From the NCBI GenBank assembly GCA_046563655.1, contig CM102284.1, positions 8,618,001 through 8,682,000 of the forward strand: 64,000 nt of DNA, given 5' to 3'. Source of the DNA: Yuukianura sp. NJ FZ-2021 (lineage: Eukaryota). This document shows, piece by piece, positions 40,509 to 53,900 of this stretch; the stretch's first letter is position 1; every line of letters begins with the position of its first letter. The notes under the pieces were generated by a model. It saw only the letters and a list, made by a program, of their open reading frames with translations, had not been told where the DNA came from and did no database searches. The translations under genes and the position numbers were made by a program.

Positions 40509-40822
40509 AACTTACTGCTCAAGTCAATGTCGCCGGTAGTCGTGGTTGATGACTAGATGTGAAGAGTGATGCCAAGGAAAGAAAGGAACAATCGATAAAG
40601 TTAAATTAATAATTGATTGACGATTGATAGAATTAATTGTTTGTTCTTCTTTTGATTTTGGTTTAATTTCAAAATGATTTCCCGCACTGGGAAATGTGTT
40701 GTCTCAAATCTAAATTCTGTTGGAGGCTAATTCTAGGAAAAGGCAGAAACTGCAGATAAGGTTATCCGCCTATTAGACCTTACTCTGCCTTCACCTTGAG
40801 ACAAAGTGCGGGAAATCATTTT
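40509..40822. promoter_or_regulatory. Palindromic promoter core plus 5' UTR exon, copy 2 (TAF9/POLA1 bidirectional promoter)
   Basis: Core 40668-40822 aligns with 26204-26361 in the same orientation; 40509-40690 is the reverse complement of 26341-26545. Confidence 0.8.
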
Positions 40823-41145
40823 AGAAGGAGGCAAAAATCAACATCAAATTCAAAACAATAGACAAAAGATGCTGAACTGAAAGGCAAAAGGCGAAAGCAC
40901 TGAAGAAACGTAAGTTATTTATAATCAATTAATCTACTACCATAAAGAACCAGCCCATCGACAACAAATTTAGAAGAGTACATAGTGAAAAGAACAAAGA
41001 AGGTAAGACTTTAACTTGTTGGATGCTTGATTGTTCATGTTGTGAATTTGATGCATTGACATTGACGATAGTAGTTGGTGCTCTCTGTTGAATTCAAAGG
41101 TCGTAGAGAGGTGCTAAGTAACGGAAGGAAAGAGAATTGTGGACG

Positions 41146-44100
41146 ATGAGTGACAATGGTATGCATTTTACCCTTGCATTGCATTCATTTACTCACTTCC
41201 TCACTAATTTTCTCTCAATTTTGTTTTGAAGATAATGGAGCCGACGATTCGGTGGGTCGAACAAGGGGACGAAGGTCCAGAACAGACAGAAGCGGTCGGT
41301 CAGACGCCCTGGAACGACTCAAGAACGTTCGTGCCGGAGGAGGGAAGCACAAATACGAAGTGCAAGAGGTACAGAACGTGTATGACATCGTGGACGAAAG
41401 CACTTACTCCCGAAGAGTCACTGATCGGCAGAAGGATGACTGGATTGTGGATGATGGTCAGTTTACTCCCCTTGTTAGGATACCAACCGAGTTTGTTTGT
41501 TTACTTCGCTCACCTCAAACACGGTTGGGGAGCACTGCATAAGGCGAATGTGTATAATGTTAAGAGATGGGAAATCCGGTGATCGCCGGATTGTGCATCG
41601 ATGCACAATTTTTGTTGAGCGAAGGATATTCTTCGTTCAGTGTACCCTCCTCTACTTTTTAGAAGTCCAGCAATGTTACGATTATGCTGCGTTAAGAATC
41701 TGAAGGGCTTACTTTTTCTTCAAGTTCTATAATCCAACAATAATAATTGTAGCCCTGAATTGGTACAAACATAACCGTAAAAGGGTTTACTTAAATTGTG
41801 GGTACAAGAGGAGTGCCTTATTGACGCCCAACCGGGGTCACTGGGAAACGCTATTTTGAATTTGTTTATTTTTTTCCAAACAATTCGTCAAATGCAGTGC
41901 TCCCAGAGTATTACTCCCCTTTCCCTTTGTTTTCATGTCCTTGGATTGCTCAAGTATGGTTGTGTTTGTGTAGGTACTGGAGACTATGTGGAGGATGGTC
42001 GTGAGATTTTTGATGACGATATAAATGACCGAGATGAGGAAAATGAGCGGAAGAAGCCCAAGAGCAAGAAGGAGAAGGCAGCCAAGAAGGCAGAGACAGA
42101 GATGCAGAAGGCTGGATTTGCAAATGTGCGTGACATGCTTTGTTCCATGCCGATCAAGCGAAAGCGACCAGAAGAAAGTGGAGGAGCTGAATCAGTTCGT
42201 CCTCAATTTTCGGGGAATGATTTGCTGGCAGAGGTGATGGGGGATTTGAAGATCAAGAAGGATGGACCAAGGTCGTCGCGTCCTGCCGCTGGATTCCGGA
42301 ACACAGAAGAGGAATGCATTGCGGTATCGGAAATGAAGGGACCGAGTATGAAGACTGAACCGAAGAAGTCCAAACTGGACCGTTTTGAGGAAATGGGCAG
42401 AAACATTCCTGCGAAGCGTGCCCGTTACACGATTAAGAAGAAGGTGTTTGTGCCGTTTGGAAGTAGCTCAACCGAACCAGCTTCTTCCTCCATTCCTTCG
42501 TCATTCGAACACGATGACCCCCCTCATCTTGACGATCAACTGGATATGGATTTTTGTGAACCTCCTCCGAGACAAACTGCTCCAGCATCAACATCTTCGA
42601 ATGGAAATGCTGGAGCAACCACTGGAACTTCAGCTTCCAGCAAGGTGAAGACTTTAAGTGTGTCCTCTTCACTTCCAGTGCCACAATCCAAACCAAAGCG
42701 ACACGAAACCATTACAGACAGCTTCCAGTGCTCTGGGCACATCAACAACGGAGGCACAACGCTCGAGGAACAGCCTAGTTTTGGGTTTGAGGATTCAACG
42801 CCTACTTTGTTCGAGGAAGGTCCGGATTCAAAGGTAGTCAGCACTCCAATTAACAATTATCAGAGTCTTTTCATTTGTTTCAATTTTAAAATCCTATTGG
42901 TTTTCAGATTTTGAACTTTTTTTGGTTGGACATGTTTGAAGAGCCTCGAAATCCTGGAGTGTTGTATGTTTTTGGTAAAGTAGAGTCTGGACCAGGGAAC
43001 TACTCGAGTGCATGCGTCGTTGTAAAGGATTTGTGTCGAAGTGTTCATCTCCTCATCCGAGAAACAATGGTAAGTCTCTTTTCAGTTGTAAAAAGGTTGC
43101 AATTTCAATTTTGTGTTGATTTGGATAGAAGTCGGATGAAGAAGTGTCAGTGACTGGCGTTGATGTTTACAACGAATTCAACCAAGTGATTGCTCCCAAG
43201 TTCAAAATCAATGAATTCAAGTCTCGTCCAGTGGACAAGTTGTACTGCTTCGACAATCCGCACATTCCGACTGTGGGCAAGTACATTGAAGTTCGCTATT
43301 CCGTAAGTCATTCCTTCTTTTTCTCAACTGCTGGACTCAATTGACTAAGCGATTTTCCTGTAGGGATCCCTTCCACCGCTGCCGGCTGATTTGGAGGGAG
43401 AGACGTTTTCACACATCTTTGGAGCGGGAAATCCACTCATGGAGAATTTCTTGCTGGATAAGAAACTGAAAGGGCCTTCCTGGTTGCAAATCCGGAATCC
43501 AGTCGAAGTCCAGTCTGCCCAGCGACACTCTTGGTGTAAATTTGAAGTAAGCCAGAAACCGGTTTCAGAATTTCCTTCATGAACTTAGACGTTAAATTAT
43601 GAAAATGACTTTCAGTTTAGCTGCAGCGTTGGTGATGTGAGACTTAACGACAAGAGCCACGAAATGAAGATTCCAACTGTAGTTCTGGCTTCCGTCAACA
43701 TTTTAACTGCGAGCGACGCAGAGTCGAAACGAGAAACGATAATTTTTGCAGGAGTTGCGGTTCACAAGGGATTTGAACTGGATGTTCCACTCAATCCGAG
43801 TCACCTCTACCACAACTACTTTTGTCGTAAGCCAACGTTAAGAAATGGTTAAGTAATTTCTGAATTAATTTATGTTTGTTGCAGTGGTAACCACACCAGC
43901 TTCTGAAATTTGGCCCTTGGACGTCGACGAAGCTTTTTCTCCAGAAGTTTCCAAAAACAACGCCACGAAAATGGACTCGGAAAGAGCTCTACTCGCCTGT
44001 CTGTTGGCCAAACTGCAGCAGATTGATGCAGATATTTACTTGGGCCACGATCTGAACTTTGAACTCCTGCTTCTGCATCTACTCAACCTCAAAGTGCAAC

Positions 44101-47067
44101 ATTGGTCCAGACTGGGCAGACTCAAGAGATCAAATCCCACTGGGAAGGTAATTAACACAAATCTTAATTTAAATCTTTAAATTAAATCTTAAGTTGTTTT
44201 TTCTCAGAACGGGAAAACCCTTGACTACAAGTCTGTGTTGGCGGGTCGTCTGTTGTGCGACGTCAAGACTTCTGCGATGGAACTCATCCGAGCCAGATCC
44301 TACGACTTCCAGAACTTGACCTCCCAAGTCCTTGGAGTGCAAACTGAGACTCTGACTGGACCAGAGATGAAGGAGCAGTTTGGATCAGCCAAGGGACTTT
44401 TGTTCCTCATCAACTGGGCCATGCAGCACTGCGTCCTCAACATTCGGCTTGTCAATCAACTCCAGGTTCTTCCACTCGCGCTCCAAATAACCGCAATTGC
44501 CGGTAAAAACAAACATTTTTAGAAAGTGCAGTTCCTTTTAATTCCTTTTTCCTTGTAATTGAAATTTTTTTTTAAATTTAGGAAACACTTTGTTCCGGAC
44601 ACTGCTGGGAGGGAGGTCAGAACGGAACGAGTTTTTGCTTCTGCATGCTTTTCACTCCAAGGGCTACTTGGTTCCGGACAAGTATCGACCGAAGAAGGAG
44701 GAGGGGGACTTGAAGGGGCCCTCTTACTTGGGTGGCATGGTGCTGGATCCGAAGAAGGGTTTTTACGACAAGTTCATTGTGCTCATGGACTTCAACTCTC
44801 TCTATCCCTCCATCATCCAAGAGTACAACATTTGCTTCACTACTCGAGGAGAAGCAAAGTCCCCAGAGAGCAAGGGAGTGTTGCCCGAGGAAATCCGGAA
44901 GTTGGTCGAAAGTCGGCGGCAGGTCAAAGGGCTCATGAAGAACCCCAAGTTGCCACCCGAGCAGTTGCGAGTTTACGACATTCGACAAATGGCACTCAAG
45001 CTCACTGCCAACTCCATGTACGGATGCTTGGGATTCAAGAACTCCAGATTCTATGCAAAGGAACTCGCTGCCTTGATTACAGGTAAAAACCATTCCAAAG
45101 TCAAGTAGAAACTGAATTTTTAGAAGATTCATCCAACTTTTTTCCTAATTTAGGGCATGGGAGAGACATTTTGGTAAAGACGAAGGATGTGGTTGAGCGG
45201 ATGGGTTTTGAGGTGATTTACGGAGACACCGACTCTCTCATGATCAATTCCAACACAGTGGACATTTCCAAAGTTTTTGGAATTGGGAACCAAATCAAGA
45301 CGGAAGTGAACAAAATGTACAAACTGCTGGAGTTGGAAGTGGATGGCATCTTCAGATTCCTCCTTCTCCTCAAGAAGAAAAAATACGCTGCTCTTGTCTA
45401 CACTCAGAACAGCAATGGAGGTAACTTTCCAACTTTCCTTTAATTGAAAAGTACAAAATATTAACTTTTGTAATTAACGCAGAGAGTTCTACTTCGCTGG
45501 AACTGAAGGGGTTGGACATGGTGCGTCGTGACTGGGCGCCGATCGCATCCAATACTGCTCGGTAAAGTCAACAAATCCAAATGGAATCAGCATCTAGATT
45601 TTTTAAAACATTTTAAAAAATGTTTCTGCTTTCATTTGTTTCAGGTTGGTTTTGGAGGAAATCATGAGCGAACAGTCGTTGGAGGAAAAAGTGTTCAAGA
45701 TTTGTGGAATTCTGAACGACGTTGCTCAGAAATTGAATGTGGGCAACATTCAGATGAAGGATTTGCTCATCACGAAGCAACTGGCGAAGCATCCCGAAGA
45801 ATACAAGGACAGTCAGGGGGGACTTTATCATGTCCAAGTGGCCCTTCGCATGAACAACAAAGGGACTCTGCCCAAGAAATTCAGAAATGGAGACACTGTG
45901 CCTTATCTCTTCTGCACTGATGGCCTCCCGCATCATCTCTCTGAACTTTCAGCGATTACAGAAGAGGGAATGGAGCAAGAGGGGAAACTGCTGCCTGATC
46001 CCAAGTACTACTTGGCACATCAAATCCATCCAGTCGTTTCTCGCATCTGTGAACCAATAGAAGGGCTGGATCCAGCACGAATCGCCGAAGAACTCGGTAT
46101 GCTTCACTTCCACTTTCTTTCAGTTTGAAATTTCTCCATTCTAACTTTGATTTTTTTGGTTTTAAGGAATGGACTCCTCTTCGTTCAAAAGACGCCGACT
46201 GGCCGATGAGCAAGAGGACAAATCACTCGGCCAACAAACGGAAGCCGAGAAATACGTCGACTGTGAAAAATTTACGTTCAATTGTCCTCACTCGGATTGC
46301 GGAAAAGCCTTTCGATATGAGTCCATGTTCAATGGAAAAGTAAGGACAAATATTATTACAAGGGTTGAATTGAAGTAAAACTACTTTTTTGTTTGATTTT
46401 AGGATGCTGACATAACTTTTGCGATGATGAAATGTCCAGAATGCGGTGGTTCCTTGGTTTCTTTTGGAGATTACATTTTGAACTCCCTGTGCCTTTTTCT
46501 GCGCAAATTCACGACTAAATTCTACTTGGTAAGTTCCATTTACACGGAATCCCACTTTATTTTTTTTTGAAATGTCGCTTTTGAATTGCAGTCAGAGTAC
46601 ATTTGTGAAGATCCGACTTGTGACAATGTGGAGCGATGCGTTCCGTTTTCGTTGGTGAGTGGATTCCCTCCGTGTGCTCGGTGTGGACAGGGGCTCATGG
46701 TTAAAGACTACAACGAATCACATCTCTACAAACAATTTGTGTATCTCCACAATCTCTTCCACTTTGACAAGCAACTGGAGACGAGGAGCGACAAGGAAAA
46801 AGGTACATTTCAAGTGTACATTTTACAATTAACTTCGGAGTGACTTTGTTCATTATCATTGTAGGATTCATCCGTCAGTTGAAGCAGCAACCAACCCCAG
46901 AAGTGAGTGCAGTCCTTGGGATTCATGAAAGTCTGCAGAGTCTCATGTCGCAGCGTCTCCAGAGTTCTGGCTACTCGGAAATCAAGTTGAGCACTTTGTT
47001 CCATGATCTTTATCCGCCCAAGACGCAACTCCTCAACTTTTTCAAAAAGAAATCCCAGACAGGATGA
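41146..47067 (+). CDS. POLA1: DNA polymerase alpha catalytic subunit
   Basis: [84 protein letters not shown], two C-terminal Cys4 motifs. Confidence 0.97.
41527..41904. mobile_element. Possible MITE in POLA1 intron 2
   Basis: Inverted ends GGGAGCACTGCATaaGgCGAAT / ATTCGtCaaATGCAGTGCTCCC in an unusually long intron; no TSD found. Confidence 0.45.
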
Positions 47068-47242
47068 AGAGGACGCTTTGTAAAATTTAATTCCGATTCT
47101 GAATATTCTCCAGCACAAAAGTGGTTTCCTTGGAGAGAGCATGATGGTTTGGGAAAATAAACTTTAATTTTGTAGGTTGGAGGAGGATGTGTCAGGAGAG
47201 TTTTGATTTATATCTGTTCTTATTGTAAAAGTAATCCCCTCC

Positions 47243-47647
47243 ATGGTGGCGAAAGGGACGGTGGGGAAGGCAAAGGCCGTGACTGGTGGGGCTCGTGGTG
47301 GGGCAGGAGCAGCCACCAAGCGGAAGTCGCCTCGTTCTGTGTCCAAGAAGAAGCCACCTCGGTTGGGGGGAAAGAAGGGCGGCAAGAAGAAGGGGAAGGG
47401 AAGGCGCAAGAAGCGGAAGAAGAAGGGCCCACGATGCCCCATCAAGCGCCGCAAGAAGCGTAAGATCTCAATTTGGTGGGAATGAATTTAAAGTTAATGT
47501 GTTTGATGTTTTTTAGCGTTGAAGCGAAAGTGTTTCAGCATGACGGACATGCGTGCTCTGCTCAACACTTACTACACGATGCATGGGGTCGTTGAAATGC
47601 TCAAGTTTCGGAAGTTCAAATGGAAGAAGAAGAAGAAGCGCCCTTAA
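47243..47647 (+). CDS. SMKR1: Small lysine-rich protein 1-like; exons 47243-47459 and 47517-47647
   Basis: Spliced product has a K/R/G-rich N-terminus then MRALLNTYYTMHGVVEMLKFRKFKW, matching the SMKR1 core as remembered ([23 protein letters not shown]). Confidence 0.75.
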
Positions 47648-47926
47648 GTCCTCCCTCAACTTTGATCTGTGAGTTGATTAAGGAATTGGAGTAAAGTGGA
47701 GTTCGTTGTGTCTTATTTTTATTATTGGTTGAGTTAGTGTGGAAGTAATTGTGGGTCTAAGTCTAATACTGTTCAAGTGAAAATTGAAGATGACTAGAAG
47801 TGGGAGGAGGTTGCTAGGGAGTAGAAGAGACATTGAGCAGTTGGTTGAGTAGCCTAAGCTGAATACGAGAATATCCTCTTGTGTGCCTCAGGAGAGCGAC
47901 GTTCTTCTGAGCGTGCGTGGGGTGTG

Positions 47927-50900
47927 TCAGTAGATCCAACTGACAGGGACCCACTGAGGTTGCGAGTGGATTTTGTCCATTGTCGTCTCCAGAATGGAAA
48001 TCGTCTCCTCGATGTCATTGTTCACTATCACCATGTCGAATAGGTGCCCGTACGTCTTGCGCAGACTCTCAGAGTCTCGCACCAGCCTCTCCAGACTCCC
48101 GTCGTACTAAAACCAATTTTACTTTTTAACTTTACTTTTTATAAAATAGTTTTACATTTTATTTGAGTTGAGTTGCTTACATCCCCGACAGTGCTCAGAG
48201 CTGGGGCTGCAATGAAGACAACGAATGGAGCAAATTCCGCACAGCGCAACACTTTCATCGCCTGAGGTTCCACATCCAGTATTGCAATTAAGCCTGAAAT
48301 ATTGGAAGTATTTAGTTGGAATTCAGAGTACTGGCAGTACTTTGTAATACCTTCTGCGTGAATCTTCCTGATGGTGGCCAGTTTGGTTCCGTACATTGCT
48401 TCCTCGTGCGTTCCGTACTCGAGGTAGTCGTTGACTGCAATGTCTGCCATCATCTTGGCATGGGAGATGAAGTGGTAGTTTCTGCCCTCCTCCTCATCCG
48501 GCCTCGGCGGGCGAGTGGTGTGGGGGATAGGATAGGCGTACAGGTCAGGATGACGAGAAATTGTGCTGTTCTTGATGTGTCTAAAATACACAAAATATAT
48601 TTTATGGAATCTAGATACCATTTATGTAACAATATTATAAAGTGAGAATAAAGTAGTTTTTAAAGCTGACTGGAACTTACCTTCTTCCCACACCGTGAGC
48701 CCCCAGCAGAACGAGCGTCTTCCTTCTGAAGGCTGTTGGAACAAAAGAAATGTTTGTAAAATGGTGGGGCAGTTGGATGGTGGGTGTGGGGCTTACAGGG
48801 GAGGCGAACGACTTCCTCGTAGGTGTTGAGTTCCCCTGCTTCTGAGACAGAGGAGTGTTTGGCTGTGTACTTTTCCCGCTTGTCCACCTTCTTCTTCTTG
48901 CCGAAGAGTGAGCATGAGATCTTGTCGTCTCCATTGGACCCACCCGCACTCGGGTCGTACGTGAGGAGGGCGTTGATGCCGTTGTTGTGTCTGTGCGTCG
49001 GAGTGGCCTTGCCCCCTCCAGTAACCGGACTCTTCCCGCCAGCCAAAGTGTGGGTGGCTCTCCATTCCTGGAACTCTGGAGAAGGAATTATTCCAGCAGT
49101 GTGCCCCAAAGACGCTCCAGAAGAAGTCGAAGACGTCGAAGAGGCAGAGGTCGCTGGCTGCAATCAAACAAAAGTTGCATTCCTTCAATAATTAGAAGTT
49201 CCAGATATTTGAATCCTCACAATTGTAAAATTTAGAAAAGAAACAGTAAGGATCGAAAGTTGCTAAAGAGTTTCCTTTGCTGTTTCTTTTCCAAAATGAT
49301 TGATTCAAAGTAAAAGTAGAGATGTACCGTGTCTAGCCTGGCCTGCCACCAATGGGGGTCGTCCTTGGAGATGATCTGCAGAATGTCGCCAATCTTGAAG
49401 GAGATGCCAGCCTGGGCACAGGGAATGAGCTCATCCTCCAGTGGGTCGTAGTCAAAGAGGGCTCGTACAAAAATCTAACAACCAAAGATGAATTAGTGTT
49501 TGGAAAGTGACTAAGGACAGAGTGACTTACTAAGACTGGTTCTGGGTTAATCCGGAAGAGCTAAGTGCAGAGGGACAAAGAAGAGAAAGCGATTAGTAGA
49601 GGGGAATTGTCATCAAGGGCCCCTCGCAAGGGTCCCCACTTTGTGAATAGGGAAAGTTTTGTGAGGAGGGAAGATGAATGGTTGTTTGAGAGTGGAGAAA
49701 GGAGAGAGTCATAATTTGAGGGAAAGTGAAAGCATAAAAGTTAGTTTTTGTTGGAAGAGTGAAAGATTTGTTACCTCGCAAGGGGGAGGGTTACTTCTAT
49801 AGGAAGGAACGATTTTGAAAGTGACCGATCCACGGGCATCTCTCTGCGCAAAACAAACGTTAGGAAGTGTGATTTGAATGTGATTAAAAAGTGTGATTAA
49901 AAAGTGGAAAGTGTGATGTTTTTACCAGCATCGTCTGGAGCTGGTCGACAGTCTGGTTGTAGACGGGAGTGGAGTTGATTTCTCTGATTTCGTCCCCTAC
50001 ATGGAGAGTGGCTTGTCGGTGGATCATGCCTCCATGGAGGATTCTGGCCACGAGACACCGTCCATCTTCCGTGAGGCGGAGGGTGATGCCCATGGGTTCC
50101 CCTGAGTTCTTCTGGAACTGGACAAGACGCACTCGAGTGACTTGTGGTTCCCCCTCGTCACTCTCCCCATCTTCCCCCATGCCGTTGAGGTAGGAGGGGA
50201 ACACTGCAGGCGGAGTGACACGAACTGCCTCATCTCCATACACTTCATGCAGGGCCACGTCGTGAGCCCCCAGCACACCCTGCAACAAAACACACTTTCA
50301 ATCTCCAACCAATTCAAATCAACGGAAGTCTGGACAGGAGAGTGACATGACATTTAATTGTGAACTTCAACCGGAGGTCACAAAGGCCCATGGTATCCTT
50401 AAAACACGTTTTTTTATTAAAAAAAAACATAAAACGTGTTTTTTTTTATGTTTTAAACGTTGTTTTGTTTTAAACGTTTTTTTTTTACTTTTGACCAATA
50501 GAAGCACAGGACCGCCAAATTACAAGTTCCGAAAACGTCCACTTATGCTCCAGAAAACGTTTCCAGGCCTTGGAAAAGGTCCCTATGACCTGTCTCACAA
50601 CGTTTTTTGCAAAAAGTATTCGATAAAAACTTATTTCACTAAAAATTTGGGGTTTCCCCCCTTAATTTTAATTCTTCACTTAATTTTCCCAATTTTTGAC
50701 GTTTTTAAAACAAGATTTACCCCTTGTTTTAAACAAGCGCTTAAAACGTTTAAAACAGCATGTTTAAAACGTCCGTTTAAAACAAGGATACCCTGCAAAG
50801 GTCACTCAATAACATGTACAAAAATAAGGGCTAACTTAACTTATCGTTAGATGAGGTTTATTGGCTAACTTTGTTGAGGCTACAGTAGCCTTTTTTGAAT

Positions 50901-53900
50901 TATCGCTTATTTTTGTGTCTGTTATTGAGTAGCCCATTTTGGTTTGGGGCTTGTGGAAGGTGAGAGTGGAGGGAAAGGTGGAATGAATGGGTCCCCTCTT
51001 AGCCCGGCTTCTCCAGCGACTCTCCAGCTCCTCCTCGGCACGAGTGTGGCCGACTCCATTGCCAAGGGAAACGGCCTTCGCAGCTCCTGCTCCTATCGAT
51101 CACTTCCAGGCCTCATACCTCTCTCGCCTCCCACGGAAAGCACAATGACCCACTCAATGACCTCAAACACACAACTATCATCACACAATTGTTTCAACAA
51201 TCCACGTCACAGGGAAAAACCACTTTCTCCATTATCCAATCATCTCCATTCCAAGGTCACACTAATTATTTCCCAATTAATACACTCACCAATCATCCAA
51301 CCACTCTACCAATTTACATCAACACATTCACAACCATACAAATTAAAAAGTACTGTTGGTAAGGGAAAGTGGAGCAGAAAAATCCTGGACAAAAACCAAT
51401 TTCTCCTTCGAGCAACAATACACACATGATTTGAGGGAACCAAAATAAAATTTGATGGATTGAGTGTAATTGCCTGGTAAATGTGCTGATGGTGGCGATG
51501 GAGACTGGTTTGACTGGAATGATGGTGGCGATGGTGGGGCAGGAATCCATTCCCTGTCACTCTTAGAGTGGGGTTGTGAATGGGACAGGGGGGCAGGAAG
51601 TCCAAGTAGTCGGGGTACACTTCGTCCTCTGAGTAGTTCATCCTCACTCAACCCATGTCACACTTCCACTCCAAACCGGGCACTGGAACTGCTGGAGAAA
51701 GTCCAAACTACTCTCTCCACACTCTCTCCACAAGAGAGGCGCAGGGGCAATGGGTCTCTGCAGACAAACCACTCCACCTCCCTCCACTCCCTCCAGCCCC
51801 TTGACCTTGACCCCCTCAAAGTAACACAAAACAAGTACCTGGAAGTGGGGCTGCGACACGAGGAACCGCAACTGCTCCAAATGCTGGATCACTTCGTCGG
51901 AGACCTCATTCCTCTCCAGCACATCCACAACCAGGTCCAGCACATCTCGACACAAGTCCACCCCCTCGGGGGCAGGCGGTGTTTTGGCGCCAAAGTTCGC
52001 ACTCGAGATCATGTCGAAGATGGCGAGGACAGCAGAGAGAGACCGATCACACAAAACTTCCTCGGGAACATCACTCTTCAGCAGCAACTCCATGTCCTCC
52101 AGAGCATCCAGAATTAGGCTAATGGCTAACAAACAAAGTCACTGTCAAAATGCCCAAATTCATCCAATCCCACCCTCACCATTGGCAGCACTCTCCTCCC
52201 CTTCCAACGCATCCACGCAAACAGAACTCCAGTGTGGAGAGGACACCGCACCTGAAATGCCATCTTTTCATGCTTAAAGTTCCACATTTGAGTAATTTGT
52301 GGTCCTTACTCAGTATTGCACCTTTGAGCTTTTTGCGGGCATTGAAAGTCCTCAAGTTTTGTACAACTTCGTAGAGATGAGTCCGGGCACACTTGTCACG
52401 CTCCTGCAAAAACAAAAAGTTTTCATTTTGGAGAAACAACATGGGAGAAAGAAATTTGAGAAATTTCTTGGAAAACTTTTCCCTCTGCTCCTTCGTCTTC
52501 TGTGCAAAAAGAAAGTTGGGAAGGGAGAGACGGAATTATTGATTTTAATTTCCAAATTTTCACCAGAACCAAAAAAACTTTCGCGGAACGGAACAAAGTT
52601 TTGTGTGTGAAAAGTGCTCTGACTGTCCTCTTTCGGAGAAGCAGAGAAAGGCGTCGGAGAAAATGCAATGGTCTCTATACAGTGAAATATAAAAAGATTG
52701 TAACGCTTTCACCACAAGTTGAATTTTAAATTTGTTGCACAAGTTGAATTGTGCTTTCGCAGGTACTGACTGGACAACAAAACTTTGAGATCTAGGTTAA
52801 CCTACTCTTTGAATTTTAATTAACAATTACTTGTGAAAGGACGATTTAAAAATCAACTTCCGGAGAAAGCCTTTTTATGGCTCCCTGTGCAGATTCAAAA
52901 TTTTACTGCATTCTGCTCAAAAAACCTTTGAGTAAAAGCTGTCAACACTTTTCAACATTCATTTGAACAGAAAATCAGAGTAAAATTGCAAATGAGTTCC
53001 AGAAAACATCATATTTTTAAAATTTTGTGCATTTCCATTAAATTTTTTTTTTACCAAATTCGACGCCATGCATGCAAAAAATAGTGGAAATGACAATATT
53101 TTTTGTATAATTAAAACCGATAAAAATGGTGTGTGGCGTTATAAAAATTAAAAAATTGAAAAGGGAAATTGAAATTCGCGATATTTTACACCAATTTTTT
53201 TTTTCGTAAAACCTTGACACCACTCGTCATTTTTTCCAACAATTTTCCACGTTTTTAAGCCACAATTTTTTGGAAGAACTTTGGACGTCTTTTCAGATGA
53301 GCAAAAAGTGACAAAGTGGTCGTTTGCCCTAACTTAAAAATGTTTTCTAAAGAGTTGGATTAATTGTGTTGGTAAAGTACCTTGATCCAGGGGTGTTGGA
53401 GTACTTGGTGAATGGTGAGTCTCTTGTCCTGATCTCTCGTGAGCATCCCTCGCACCAAGTCCTTGGCCTCCACTCCAATGTCCCTCTCCCAAAGACCGTC
53501 AAACGTCAAGGGGCTGTCCAGGATTTTGCGATAGAGACGATCCTTTGTCCCCACGAAAGGAAGACTTCCGCTGAGCAGCAAATGCAAAAGCACACCAGCA
53601 GACCAAATGTCAGCAGCCTTCCTGCAACACAAACAACACCTTTTAGCACGAGTTGAACACTGGACAGAGGAACTCACCCGTAGTAGTCTCTGGACACGAC
53701 TTCTGGAGCCATGAAGTGCGGAGTGCCCACTCTGCCAGTCTTGAGGCGTTGTTTCCCGGGTTGTGGCGGGAGTTGGATGGCCAATCCAAAGCCACCCAGC
53801 TTCACTGGGGCAGAGTTCTCCTTGGAGGCGAGGAGAACGCAACTGGGCTTGATGTCACGGTGGATAATGTCGTTGTCATGGCAGTAGCGAAGGGCCTCCA

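Noticed and set aside
50392-50400. GTATCCTT as a U12 donor
   Set aside because: Part of the hAT MITE TIR and on the non-transcribed strand.
50347-50850. 167-aa F/K-rich ORF
   Set aside because: Lies within the AT-rich MITE; no transposase motifs.
51470-52117. 215-aa plus-strand ORF and similar long antisense ORFs (e.g. 44617-45132, 61214-61690)
   Set aside because: Shadow frames of real exons on the other strand.
52830-53340. AT-rich intronic block possibly of transposon origin
   Set aside because: No TIRs or TSD could be defined.
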